46,412 bases of DNA, from the IMG/VR virus record IMGVR_UViG_3300042477_000093, positions 1 through 46,412 of that record; one strand, 5' to 3'. Position numbers and translations under genes: made by a program. This DNA is from a virus (Duplodnaviria; Caudoviricetes). The notes beneath the pieces were generated by a model. That model ran no database searches and had not been told where the DNA came from. It worked only from the letters and a program-made list of their open reading frames with translations. Of the stretch, positions 37,301 to 45,628 are shown one piece after another (the stretch's first letter is position 1; every line of letters starts with the position of its first letter).

Positions 37301-40300
37301 CTTCATTGGTCTTAGCTAGCTCTTGCTTAAGTTGATTAAGTGTTATTTCATTGTTGCCAAGTCTTGTTATATTGGCTTTTATTTCCTCTGCCGTCGGATT
37401 TCTTCCAATCGTTGTATTGAAGGTTTCGACTAATTGATCGAATCTTTGGCCTTCCTGTGTTGCGTTTAATTTTTCTTGCAACTGGCCAACGCCCGAAAGA
37501 TCTTTTATTGCAAAACCAACTTCGTCAGCCGTTGGATTCCTTCCAAGTTGTCCTTGGTAGGCCTGATTTACAAGCGACAAATAGTCTTTCATTTCGCTCG
37601 GCGTTATCTGAACCGGCGTTGTATCAAGACTATAAATATTTACTTGCTGCCCAGCGGTTATATTTTGATTTCCAAGATCTGCTACATACGTCTGGCCGGA
37701 TGGTCCCTTCATAACAGCCGTATTTCCAATAACAGATGTTATGGTTGCCCTTGCTGTCTCTGGTATTAAAAATGGATCTTGGCTTATGGATAGACCAAGA
37801 TCGCTTGCATCTTTGATAACTTGCCCCTGACCTTGCGGGGAAAGAAAAACAGACAAAGATGCCCCGCCATGTCCAGCACCGCCTACGGTTGCAGCAATAA
37901 CGCCCGATGTCCAAAAATCATTTAGGTCTATGCTTTGTCCTAAGCCTTTTTGATTGAATACATACGAGGCGGCTTCTTCAACACCATCAACCGTTGCTTT
38001 ATACGGAAGTGATATAAGATCTTTAATTGCCGTCTTAGCTGATGGTACTAATGCTGCTATACCTCCGACTATTGTTTCAGCAATGGCGGCTGGCATAGCC
38101 CCTTGGCCAGCAAGGGAAGCGGCCTGCTCAGAGCTTAATCCTTGGTTAATAAGCTGAGAAATATTCTCTTCTGTGACCCCACCGTAATTCAGTGCAAAAT
38201 CTGTTAAAGCAGAGCCAAGAGCAACACCAGGAGCCGTGCCTATTGTCTTTAATGCTTTGCCCATTAAGGCAAATGAAATCATATCCTCTGAAAGCTCTTT
38301 GCCTGCCGTCCAAGCTAAGCTACCAAAACTCGTTGGGCTGTCACTTGCCCATTGCCATGCAGCTCCAAGTTTTGCTCCGGGGCCTTGAGCCTCGCTTATC
38401 TTCCCCATCCATTTGTTTGCCTCAGAAGCAAGGTCTGGCATCAAAGCGTCTGAAGAATCTGAAGCTATTTTTGCAATACCTCTAAGAGCTACCGCAACAT
38501 CGTTTGCAGCATCACCGGATACCACGGAGACTATACCGGCCCCTGCTCGCGGGAAAAGGCCAAGAAAGTTTGCGCTTAAAGAGTTTATGAAATTTTGCGC
38601 CGGTGAACCAATAGATTGTCCAGCCTTAATACCCTCTGATACAGCCTTGCCAACCTCGTCTATAAAAGTATTTGTTGGAAGCTGGGTTATGTTCTTACCT
38701 TTGTTAAATACCTCTACAACTTCACCCGGCAAAACAAACCCATCCTTCGCATTACCTGTGCGCAATAACTCGCCATTGGTGTACAAATAAGCTTGATAGC
38801 GTTGGTTAAATTTGTCGCCAGTCATGTCAACATTGGCTTTTGACATGACACGCTCAAATTCTTCTGGCGTCAGTATCCTGGTGGTTTTTCCTGTTTCTTG
38901 GTTGTAGCTTATGCCGTTTTTTGCGACCGCTTCTTTTTGTTGATCCCACCTTCCTACAAGATCTTTGGCCATCGCATCAGTCATGCCGTCAGTTTGCTTA
39001 AGCATCGCAACGGCTTGATCGGGCGTAACTTTACTACCAGGCGCGAAGTATTTTTCCGCCGTCGTTGTTAACTGCTTTTGAAATCTATCAACGTATCTTT
39101 GCTGGTCTTCTATTGCATATTTTTGAACGGCTTGCGGACTTGATCCGTAAAACAAGTCTGTTATATCTTTCCCGCTCGCATCTCTAGCCGCTTTAACATA
39201 CGGCGTTCCGTCATCATTAAGATCCCAAGATACTTGAGTACCTTTGCGATCTATGACATTCCATGAGCGTAACCCAGCTACGGCAGCCTGCGTGGCCTCG
39301 GACGAAGTTAATTCATCACCTGCTTTTATTGCTCTGTAATACAGAAGCTGTTGATTTGCTAAATCACCCTTAATGCCAGCCGCATCCATGGCGGATTGCA
39401 ACTGCGACTCCGTGGCGGCTCCATTGATGTAGTCCCTAGAAACATTAACGTAGTTGTTTCTAGCAGTGACTTGCTTATCAATATTGGAGATGTAGGTGTT
39501 GGCATCTGCCTCATCAAAGCCAAGTGATCTTAGTCTTTCTAGGGCGCCCTCTCTGGATAGATCGCTTCCTACCGCCGTGTAGTCCGTTACTACCTGTTGC
39601 GTGTTTTTTGCTCGGTCAACAAATTGTTGATTTGCAGCAAAAATCTCTGCAACCTTAGCGTCCGAATAGCCAGAGTTCTTTAACGCCGATGTAACGTCTT
39701 CTGGCTTCATCGTGCCACTGTTCATGGCATTGATAAGACCATTAACATACTGCGCCTGACCTGCACTCAATGCCGTTTGGATTGAGTTCCATTCGGTAGG
39801 TGTGTACACACGACCGGCAGAATCGCCTGACAGCATCAAACGATTGCCGTCATCATCAATTGTGTATAGCTCACCGTTCTTATCGACCGCCACTGCGCCT
39901 ATGGCTGTATTGGATTTGGCTGAATCCGGTGTTGCACCACCAGCCATCTTCCCTGCTTGCGCTTGGCTAAATCCAAGATTTAATAACTGATTAAACAGGC
40001 TTACCGGGTTGAATTTACCTGTACGCGCCGTATTAATCGCTTGGGATACGCCAATCTGTAGCAACGCTTTTGATGTTGGGTCTAGCTTCTGTGCGTTTGC
40101 TACTTCATTAATGCCTGTTGATATCGCAGCGTTAACCGCGCCGCCAAGCAATGTTGGTAACGGGTCCTGACCCTGCGCTATGGCATAGATTGCATTGGTC
40201 ATTGGACCTGCAAAAAGCCTAGCCGTTGCAAGCTTTTCTGCTGCCGTGGCCCCGCTAATGATGCCGCTATTGGCTAACTCGTTGGCTACCACATCGGTAA

Positions 40301-41558
40301 CCATATTCAGGGCCGTACCCGTGGCGGAGCCTAAGAATGCTTTAGATAAATCGCCACCATTAAAGATGGTGTTTACTGCCGTGCGTACCAAGAAGTTTGA
40401 TACAGCCGGTGCGGCCGCCGCTCCTACAACGCTACTTACATAAGGGGCTATAGCCTGGCCAATCCCTGGAACCAAGAGCGATGCCCCCATGGCAAGCACT
40501 TGGGTTAACAACGGGTTCTTGGCTAGAAAGTTTGATTGGTTCCACTCGGGAACAATTATTGGGCTACCAAAAGCATCTGTCTGGATGGTGTAGTTAGAGT
40601 AACCGGCGCCAGCCCCTGTGGAGCCAATGATGTTTCCACCCTTGCCGCCTACGATTGACGTATCAAGAGGATTGCCGGTTGCTTTGTTGTAAATCCCTTT
40701 TGTTTGATCAACACCAATCTGATCTAGGTTTGTTATACCTAAAGCAGTTAGGCGCTTGGCAATATCGTCTGTATGCCAAGCATCTGAGTTTCCTGGTGTT
40801 TGAAAGTTCAGGTTGTATAGCGATTTACCGCTATTAATCTGACCCTTTAGGAAACTAATAGTTTGATCGTTAAGCCACTTACCCTCCCACTTGGTTTCAC
40901 CGGGATGGATAATGTTTGCTTCGTATTCTTGCGCCGTTAGTTGCTGACCGGTCTGTGGATTTTGGAACGGTTTATCAAACTCAGGCTCGTATATCCATCC
41001 TGCCTTTAGATCTAAGCCTAATGGCTTAAATACCCCGGCAGTTGTGGTTGGCGGTGGCGTTGTGGTTACGGCAGTAGTAGCTGGCGGCGCCGTTGTTGTC
41101 TGCGTTGTTGTAAGTGCAGCGGGCTTGGTTGACGATGTCTCGCCGGTTAAATAATTATCCCAAAGCTTGGATTCACTATCGTAATACCATGCAGCGTCTA
41201 TTTCCTGCTGCGTCGGGCCCGTTGTTTTTGGTATGCCAAGCAGGTCATAAACTTCCTGCGTTGCATTAACAGGATCTACCTCCCCGAGCCTGGTTTTTAT
41301 TGCATCAGTGGTTATGCCTTGGCCAAGGACTGTTTTAATGTAACCCTGCTTCTCAGCAAGTGATGCATTTGGATTCCACTTGATGCTAAAGAACTGGTAA
41401 AGAGGTTGCAATCCATTCTGGATCATCCAATCTACATCAGGCCTTGATACGCCTGCTGCTACAAGATCATCTATGGTTACAACCTTCTCGTTGAACCAAT
41501 CAATCTTCCGGGCAGCGTCATAGCTGCCCCAGTCCGAAGGGAGTGTGGGCAGCGCCAT
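34305..41558 (-). CDS. giant 2417-aa protein with serine-rich (Ser-X) repeat region and Thr/Pro mucin-like tail
   Basis: Uninterrupted 7.2-kb ORF in the late operon. About 600 aa of SxSxS, then T/P-rich sequence. Confidence 0.85.
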   Translation of the reverse strand: MALPTLPSDWGSYDAARKIDWFNEKVVTIDDLVAAGVSRPDVDWMIQNGLQPLYQFFSIKWNPNASLAEKQGYIKTVLGQGITTDAIKTRLGEVDPVNATQEVYDLLGIPKTTGPTQQEIDAAWYYDSESKLWDNYLTGETSSTKPAALTTTQTTTAPPATTAVTTTPPPTTTAGVFKPLGLDLKAGWIYEPEFDKPFQNPQTGQQLTAQEYEANIIHPGETKWEGKWLNDQTISFLKGQINSGKSLYNLNFQTPGNSDAWHTDDIAKRLTALGITNLDQIGVDQTKGIYNKATGNPLDTSIVGGKGGNIIGSTGAGAGYSNYTIQTDAFGSPIIVPEWNQSNFLAKNPLLTQVLAMGASLLVPGIGQAIAPYVSSVVGAAAAPAVSNFLVRTAVNTIFNGGDLSKAFLGSATGTALNMVTDVVANELANSGIISGATAAEKLATARLFAGPMTNAIYAIAQGQDPLPTLLGGAVNAAISTGINEVANAQKLDPTSKALLQIGVSQAINTARTGKFNPVSLFNQLLNLGFSQAQAGKMAGGATPDSAKSNTAIGAVAVDKNGELYTIDDDGNRLMLSGDSAGRVYTPTEWNSIQTALSAGQAQYVNGLINAMNSGTMKPEDVTSALKNSGYSDAKVAEIFAANQQFVDRAKNTQQVVTDYTAVGSDLSREGALERLRSLGFDEADANTYISNIDKQVTARNNYVNVSRDYINGAATESQLQSAMDAAGIKGDLANQQLLYYRAIKAGDELTSSEATQAAVAGLRSWNVIDRKGTQVSWDLNDDGTPYVKAARDASGKDITDLFYGSSPQAVQKYAIEDQQRYVDRFQKQLTTTAEKYFAPGSKVTPDQAVAMLKQTDGMTDAMAKDLVGRWDQQKEAVAKNGISYNQETGKTTRILTPEEFERVMSKANVDMTGDKFNQRYQAYLYTNGELLRTGNAKDGFVLPGEVVEVFNKGKNITQLPTNTFIDEVGKAVSEGIKAGQSIGSPAQNFINSLSANFLGLFPRAGAGIVSVVSGDAANDVAVALRGIAKIASDSSDALMPDLASEANKWMGKISEAQGPGAKLGAAWQWASDSPTSFGSLAWTAGKELSEDMISFALMGKALKTIGTAPGVALGSALTDFALNYGGVTEENISQLINQGLSSEQAASLAGQGAMPAAIAETIVGGIAALVPSAKTAIKDLISLPYKATVDGVEEAASYVFNQKGLGQSIDLNDFWTSGVIAATVGGAGHGGASLSVFLSPQGQGQVIKDASDLGLSISQDPFLIPETARATITSVIGNTAVMKGPSGQTYVADLGNQNITAGQQVNIYSLDTTPVQITPSEMKDYLSLVNQAYQGQLGRNPTADEVGFAIKDLSGVGQLQEKLNATQEGQRFDQLVETFNTTIGRNPTAEEIKANITRLGNNEITLNQLKQELAKTNEGILYEQKQIFNAQTDAQIAANAKSLLDQGKITYADFKTFMDSMGLASDRQLNVLDTITPRANVAGTVTSIIGDNAVVTGTDGQMYTMLRVAPNNYLMQVGDQVKLGVSTVKPTATPTVEVTTKIADVIAASVSKSTSISLSQSVSEAAVSTSISKSQSLSVSYSQSLSLSASTSVSVSESQSKSISLSQSVSTVELEKSISLSKSVSTSVSTSASLSTSTSLSQSVSASTSTSQSVSASLSKSISVSQSISTSESISTSTSKSQSLSVSVSSSESVSTSISKSLSISEALSLSASVSEQMEKDRLKGLSISASVSESISTAVSVSESTSKSVSLSQSISASTSTSQSISKSTSLSQSLSTSVSQSESVSKSTSLSTSLSNSISASISTSEAVSKSVSFSQSVSLSTSQSESVSKATSISASVSASTSASTSQSISLSQEVSKQIAISQSTSQSIALSQSLSQSQAVSVSASVSESVSKSVSTSLSLSQSTSAALSTSVSQSLILSQKMSEDIVRGLSISASLSASESVSQSVSRLVSASISTSQSASTSLSLSESISKATQLSISNSLSASTSVSQSQSLSASQSVSKALSQSVSQSLSLSESVAQSISQSLSLSALQSQSLSVSEQIERDRAVGISISNSLSQSVSLEASKSQSISISTSTQQSISNSVSLSESVSISTYLSQEVSRQTSLSQSLSTANSLSLSLSQSQSLSQSLSQTQTVSITPSITQTVSVTETISPTATVAPSVTESITQTVTQSVTESITEVVTQSLTETLTPSITATITQLPTLAPTITASATITPSISVTETFTQTPSLTMVITTTSLPPVTTTITIPLVTTTEPVTTEQVTTITIPPVTPPPTSGTIPPVTTPAISIPEQTTTAPVTTLPVTTAPVISATTTSKPPTTTSKPGGLPFPVFGIPAATGQQKTYVDYAQPNVLAPEFGPFDLFKAPSYLRPLQDTGNFGLAALLGAANAKQSGDGNNQSQQNAEGQGQAPKG

Positions 41559-41567
41559 AGTTGCTTA

Positions 41568-41936
41568 TCAGTAGCAACCGCCCTTGGCCATCTTAATCAT
41601 CTTGCCCTTGGTCTTGCCCTTTGATGCAACGCCATCGCGGCTTGGTGCGGCTGTTTTAACGGCGCCCATCTTGGTCATGCCGCCAGCTTTCATTCCCTTC
41701 ATCTCAGCCATTTCATGCTTGACCATAGACTTGGGTGCGCCCTTAGCTTTCATAAATGCGACCTCTTTCTTGACCATGGCTTTAGGCTCACCGCCTGCTT
41801 TGTAACCTTTCATAGCTCTCTGCTCCGATAGTCCGATTGCAATTGCTTGCTTGGGGTTGGTAACTTTCTGGCCCGAGGAAGACTTGAGTTTACCTTCCTT
41901 GAACTCTTTCATGACGGTGCGAATTTTATCTTTCAT
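41568..41936 (-). CDS. small basic late protein
   Basis: VMKEFKEGKLKSSSGQKVTNPKQAIAIGLSE; KAGG motifs. Confidence 0.75.
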   Translation of the reverse strand: MKDKIRTVMKEFKEGKLKSSSGQKVTNPKQAIAIGLSEQRAMKGYKAGGEPKAMVKKEVAFMKAKGAPKSMVKHEMAEMKGMKAGGMTKMGAVKTAAPSRDGVASKGKTKGKMIKMAKGGCY

Positions 41937-42946
41937 ATGTATCTTCCGCGAGTCTTGCCACGTGATGCAATACCGTCGGCACGCCTAGATGCAGATCCTA
42001 CTTTCCCGCCCTTACGCATGTAATCTGACCCCATACGCATTTCATCTAATTCATCCCTAGTCGGGCGACGTGCGTTTGGATCCTTGCCGCCGCCTCGTGG
42101 CGGACTGGATAACCGCTTGGGGCTTTGATCGGTGAGCTTTTGTACAGGTTTTTTTACCACCTCAGCTTCACCCATATACTTCTCATATGGCAACCGGCGC
42201 TTTGGCATTTCAAGCTGCTCTAGCTCTTTGCCACGCCTTGCAAGCTGACCGCTTTTGGTCTCACTACCTTTAGCTACCTCTCCGCCACTTGGCGGTTTGG
42301 CTGTCATAGCGCCAGGCTTCTCTGCCATTTTTGGTGATTTAGCGCCGTAGTAATAATCGGCATCAGGTTTCTTTGGTGCTGCTTTTGCTGCTTCTTGCGG
42401 GATCTTTGGTTCTACACGAGGCTTAGCTGCTTGCGGGGCTATTTTGCTTGCAAGTCCTGCGCCTGCTGCACGTAATGCACGCAATCCAGGCCCGCCAATA
42501 AGATTGGCCTCTGGTGTCACGCGCTCTAACGGTTTGTCATATGCCATTCTGCGCTCAAGATCTGCTTTGCCGGCAAGTTTCTTCCCGGCTTCAATAGCAG
42601 CCATTTCTTGCTCAGCAGTCTTGCCCATGGCTGTACGACCCATGGGTTTGGCAGTCTGACTAGTGGGTTTTGTTGCAGGCTTAGGAGATGGCTTGGCGGC
42701 TGATTTGGCGGCTGATTTGAGAGCGGTCCTTGAAAATCCAGCAGTACCAGGCTCGGCAAACTCTTCAACCGTCGTGGCACGTATGACTTCTGGAGAGCGT
42801 ACCGGCGATGACTCCGCCATCTGGCGCCGCCGTTCATTCTCCTCGATGTTGCGCTCAATCATTTCCTCACGAGATCCCATCCCGTAATCTTCTGAGCTTA
42901 CATCCCCGTAACCGCCTTCTACATACTTACGGACTTTGCGTTTCAT
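41933..42946 (-). CDS. basic disordered late protein
   Basis: K/A/P-rich; C-terminal RKGG..RADGIASRGKTRG. Confidence 0.7.
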   Translation of the reverse strand: MKRKVRKYVEGGYGDVSSEDYGMGSREEMIERNIEENERRRQMAESSPVRSPEVIRATTVEEFAEPGTAGFSRTALKSAAKSAAKPSPKPATKPTSQTAKPMGRTAMGKTAEQEMAAIEAGKKLAGKADLERRMAYDKPLERVTPEANLIGGPGLRALRAAGAGLASKIAPQAAKPRVEPKIPQEAAKAAPKKPDADYYYGAKSPKMAEKPGAMTAKPPSGGEVAKGSETKSGQLARRGKELEQLEMPKRRLPYEKYMGEAEVVKKPVQKLTDQSPKRLSSPPRGGGKDPNARRPTRDELDEMRMGSDYMRKGGKVGSASRRADGIASRGKTRGRYI

Positions 42947-42958
42947 ACGCCTACTCCA

Positions 42959-42988
42959 GAAAACTCCGCCACGTGGCGGAGTTATTTC
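42959..42988. repeat. dispersed palindrome, copy 3 (intergenic, overlapping a stop codon)
   Basis: 30 bp identical to 7583-7612. Confidence 0.9.
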
Positions 42989-43233
42989 ATGACGACCATT
43001 GTTCCCTTGGTCTTGCCACGTTTGGCACAGCCATCGGCTGCTTTGACGTAGCCACCGTTCTTGAACATCTTGCCAAGATTAGGACGCTTGTCCATCTTCC
43101 TTAGCTTCTCATCCTCTAGCTCTTGCTGCATAGCACCCTTCTCTTTCTGGGTGGGTACAAGATCGTAGTTAGGGTTGTAGTTCGTGTCGCCATGGCGCCC
43201 ACGGCCTTTACGGGGATCATTTTGCATCATCAT
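42982..43233 (-). CDS. small basic late protein
   Basis: FKNGG..ADGCAKRGKTKG. Confidence 0.7.
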   Translation of the reverse strand: MMMQNDPRKGRGRHGDTNYNPNYDLVPTQKEKGAMQQELEDEKLRKMDKRPNLGKMFKNGGYVKAADGCAKRGKTKGTMVVMK

Positions 43234-43481
43234 TTCCTTTCAGCGAGGGCATCAATTTTTGCTTCAAGCCTTGCAAAGCCTGAGTCAAAGCGTTCGATAA
43301 TCTTTTCCATGTCAGCACGAACTTCTGCGCGAGTGATGTGATCACGGGCAATCTCCTCCCGGGTTCTGTTAAGTAGTATCTGGATGCGCTTTTGCTCATC
43401 CGATGCTTGCTTAAGCATGAACATCACCAAGCCCACAAAGAACGATGTGATTAGATTCCAAATCAGAGCACCGGTATCCAT
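43230..43481 (-). CDS. small membrane/coiled-coil protein
   Basis: N-terminal TM helix, ILLNRTREEIAR motif. Confidence 0.75.
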   Translation of the reverse strand: MDTGALIWNLITSFFVGLVMFMLKQASDEQKRIQILLNRTREEIARDHITRAEVRADMEKIIERFDSGFARLEAKIDALAERK

Positions 43482-43736
43482 TCAGCACTTCCACTTCCTT
43501 AGGCTTTTATTGATACGGCTATCTGGATCGTTGGCAGTTTTGGCGGATGTAAGCTTCTTTTTCATCCCTTCCATCCTGCTACAAAACGATTTCTTACGCG
43601 CACCACCTTCTGGTTGTGGCGCCTTCAAGCCTGGCTTGCCGGGATTGGCTGCGTTGTATGAAGCCCGCCCTTTGGCATTCAAGCCTCCAGACGGGCTTTT
43701 TCCTTCTTTACGCTGCCATGCTGGCGTCTTAGCCAT
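43482..43736 (-). CDS. small basic protein
   Basis: GGLNAKGRASY...SFCSRM...SLRKWKC. Confidence 0.8.
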   Translation of the reverse strand: MAKTPAWQRKEGKSPSGGLNAKGRASYNAANPGKPGLKAPQPEGGARKKSFCSRMEGMKKKLTSAKTANDPDSRINKSLRKWKC

Positions 43737-44001
43737 AAAACACCGTAGCCTTGGCGTTTGTCAATGTGGCATAAGCACTCGTTTTACACCAAACACCGTT
43801 GGCTGGAATAAGCACGGCAAAGGTCTCACCGTTAGCCACTGTGTTGATAATGAACTTGCTTGTACCACCTGACCCACCATCCTTGATCTCTACGCTGCCT
43901 GTCGATGTTCCCGGCTCAATAACCAACCCGCGGACACGGGTCGGTGTGGCAGAGACAGCGCCAGACGCAGCAAGCGATATGCCTAGAACGTCTGTGTCCA
44001 T
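43729..44001 (-). CDS. small structural protein
   Basis: Beta-rich, ends TVFYG. Confidence 0.7.
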   Translation of the reverse strand: MDTDVLGISLAASGAVSATPTRVRGLVIEPGTSTGSVEIKDGGSGGTSKFIINTVANGETFAVLIPANGVWCKTSAYATLTNAKATVFYG

Positions 44002-44013
44002 AAGACACTCCTA

Positions 44014-44553
44014 TTAGGCGGTTGCGAATGGAGTAGCAACCGAACCAGAGCCAAGCGCAATACCGTTGACCATGTACTTATTGGCTGCGATCGCAACGAT
44101 CTGGACCCATGAGCCTGCAACGCCACCGGTCGTTCCGCCATTAAAGTTAATGAAGTCATCGCTTGCACCGGCCGTGTAAGCCACAAGCGCATTGGAAGAG
44201 TCAGTATCCACGCCAAGGATCGTGCCGACAAACTTGTCAGTGCCATCCGTACCAATCTTTAACGAAGAAGTGGCGATGGTTGTGGGAACCCAAATGGTGT
44301 AAACCACACCTTCGTTGTTTGCCGTATTGGGGTCATTGCCCGGGCCGGACGACGACGCATTGGCAGACGTATTAATCGAAGGAAGGGTAAGTGTTACATC
44401 AGCAGCAAGCGTGCCGCCAACGGAAATGATGCGACCAGCATGAGCCACTGGATTCAGTGTCGTACTGGAAGTGATCTCAACAATAGTAGACGGACCCTGC
44501 TGAAAGATACCGCCAAGCGAACGGACTGGACCGTCAAAGGTAGAAATAGCCAT
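44014..44553 (-). CDS. putative capsid decoration/minor structural protein
   Basis: STFDGPVRS N-terminus; first structural gene downstream of the capsid gene. Confidence 0.7.
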   Translation of the reverse strand: MAISTFDGPVRSLGGIFQQGPSTIVEITSSTTLNPVAHAGRIISVGGTLAADVTLTLPSINTSANASSSGPGNDPNTANNEGVVYTIWVPTTIATSSLKIGTDGTDKFVGTILGVDTDSSNALVAYTAGASDDFINFNGGTTGGVAGSWVQIVAIAANKYMVNGIALGSGSVATPFATA

Positions 44554-44565
44554 GATAACTCCGCG

Positions 44566-44632
44566 TTGTAGCGCATCCCCATACCGTCTCTACAAAGTCT
44601 GCTAGGTCAGTCGATATGGGTGGGAACCCTAG
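44566..44632 (-). ncRNA. pseudoknotted structured RNA, candidate Mu-gpT-DE motif
   Basis: Complementary blocks: CCCAUAUCG/CGGUAUGGG, CUG/CAG hairpin, CUAGG/CCUAG, UUGUAG/CUACAA. Lies downstream of a gpT-like capsid gene. Confidence 0.55.
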
Positions 44633-44645
44633 TGATGTGTTTGTA

Positions 44646-45566
44646 TCAGTTATTGGGGTGGGAGTCAATGAGCTTTGCGCGGATTAATGCAAGATCGTTT
44701 TCAGTGGGCTTTGAATCAATGCCGCCATATCTAAAACTATACCCAGCTAAACGCCCTTTTGTTAAATGTTTGCCGGATACCAAAGCCCTACGAAGGGTCG
44801 GCATTTTCATTCCGTAATGGCTCAGCACCGCAGTAAGGCTTGGGAATAAAATGCCATCAGGCATAACAAATACAGCTTTGCTCATCTTTTCTTTTGCCTC
44901 TTCGGTATGTTTACGTCCTAGCCAGTGCTTATGGCTACGCCCTGATTCAATATTTTCACGAATCTTTAAGAGCCCCTTTTCTGAAACCTTGCGACCTTCT
45001 GCTTTTGGCTTGCCCCGCTGCGCCGCACCAATCTTTGCTTTTGTCTCGTCTGATAGCGTTTTACCGTATCGGTAGTGGTTTTCCCCGGCGGTGGGCGTTC
45101 TGTTTTGTTTAATCTTTAACTTGGTTTCTTCGGTGTGCTTTTTCCCGACGCGCGGGTGGTTAAAGTAATCAGCAGCATAAAACTCTCGTAGGGTTTTAGA
45201 TATTTGTTTCTTTTGCATAGGCGTGACAGGAACGCCAAATTTAGGATGCTCTGGTCCAATTACCCCGCGCCAAGGCGCAACTGCCGCGTATCCACTGTTA
45301 TAGCAATGCGCTTTACCTACATGTTGTTGCAACCAATTATCTTCGACTCTCCAAAGCTCTATGTCTTGAGCAACCTCTTCAACAACTACAAACTCAAATT
45401 TATCTTCGCCGTATTTGTTCCACGATGCTTGCAGGTGCTTGCAATGGTGCCTGTTACCTCGAAGCAACTTACGGTGTTGCCTGAAGCGAACCTTCTTGTT
45501 TGTCGTGCTACCTACATAAAACTTGTTGTTGACCACGTTGATGATTTTATAAATGACTTGCTCCAT
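44646..45566 (-). CDS. free-standing GIY-YIG homing endonuclease with NUMOD3-like repeats
   Basis: VIYKIIN..NNKFYVGS..R...H; repeats GKKHTEETK, GKTLSDETK, GRKHTEEAK; GGAGG RBS before the ATG at 45566. Confidence 0.9.
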   Translation of the reverse strand: MEQVIYKIINVVNNKFYVGSTTNKKVRFRQHRKLLRGNRHHCKHLQASWNKYGEDKFEFVVVEEVAQDIELWRVEDNWLQQHVGKAHCYNSGYAAVAPWRGVIGPEHPKFGVPVTPMQKKQISKTLREFYAADYFNHPRVGKKHTEETKLKIKQNRTPTAGENHYRYGKTLSDETKAKIGAAQRGKPKAEGRKVSEKGLLKIRENIESGRSHKHWLGRKHTEEAKEKMSKAVFVMPDGILFPSLTAVLSHYGMKMPTLRRALVSGKHLTKGRLAGYSFRYGGIDSKPTENDLALIRAKLIDSHPNN

Positions 45567-45594
45567 GTTTCCTCCGTTACAAAGCCATAACCGT

Positions 45595-45623
45595 AATGTA
45601 CCGAAAGGAACTAACGATGTCAA
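45595..45623 (-). promoter_or_regulatory. sigma70 promoter of the GIY-YIG gene
   Basis: TTGACA-N17-TACATT. Confidence 0.7.
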
Positions 45624-45628
45624 CAAGC

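Noticed and set aside
42959-42988. Palindrome as a simple intrinsic terminator
   Set aside because: Possible for this copy alone, but identical copies lie inside two coding regions, and a loopless perfect dyad fits a protein-binding site better.
44555-44564. Half-site of the palindrome (ATAACTCCGC)
   Set aside because: It coincides with the GGAG ribosome-binding site of the 179-aa gene, and a 10-bp match can be chance.
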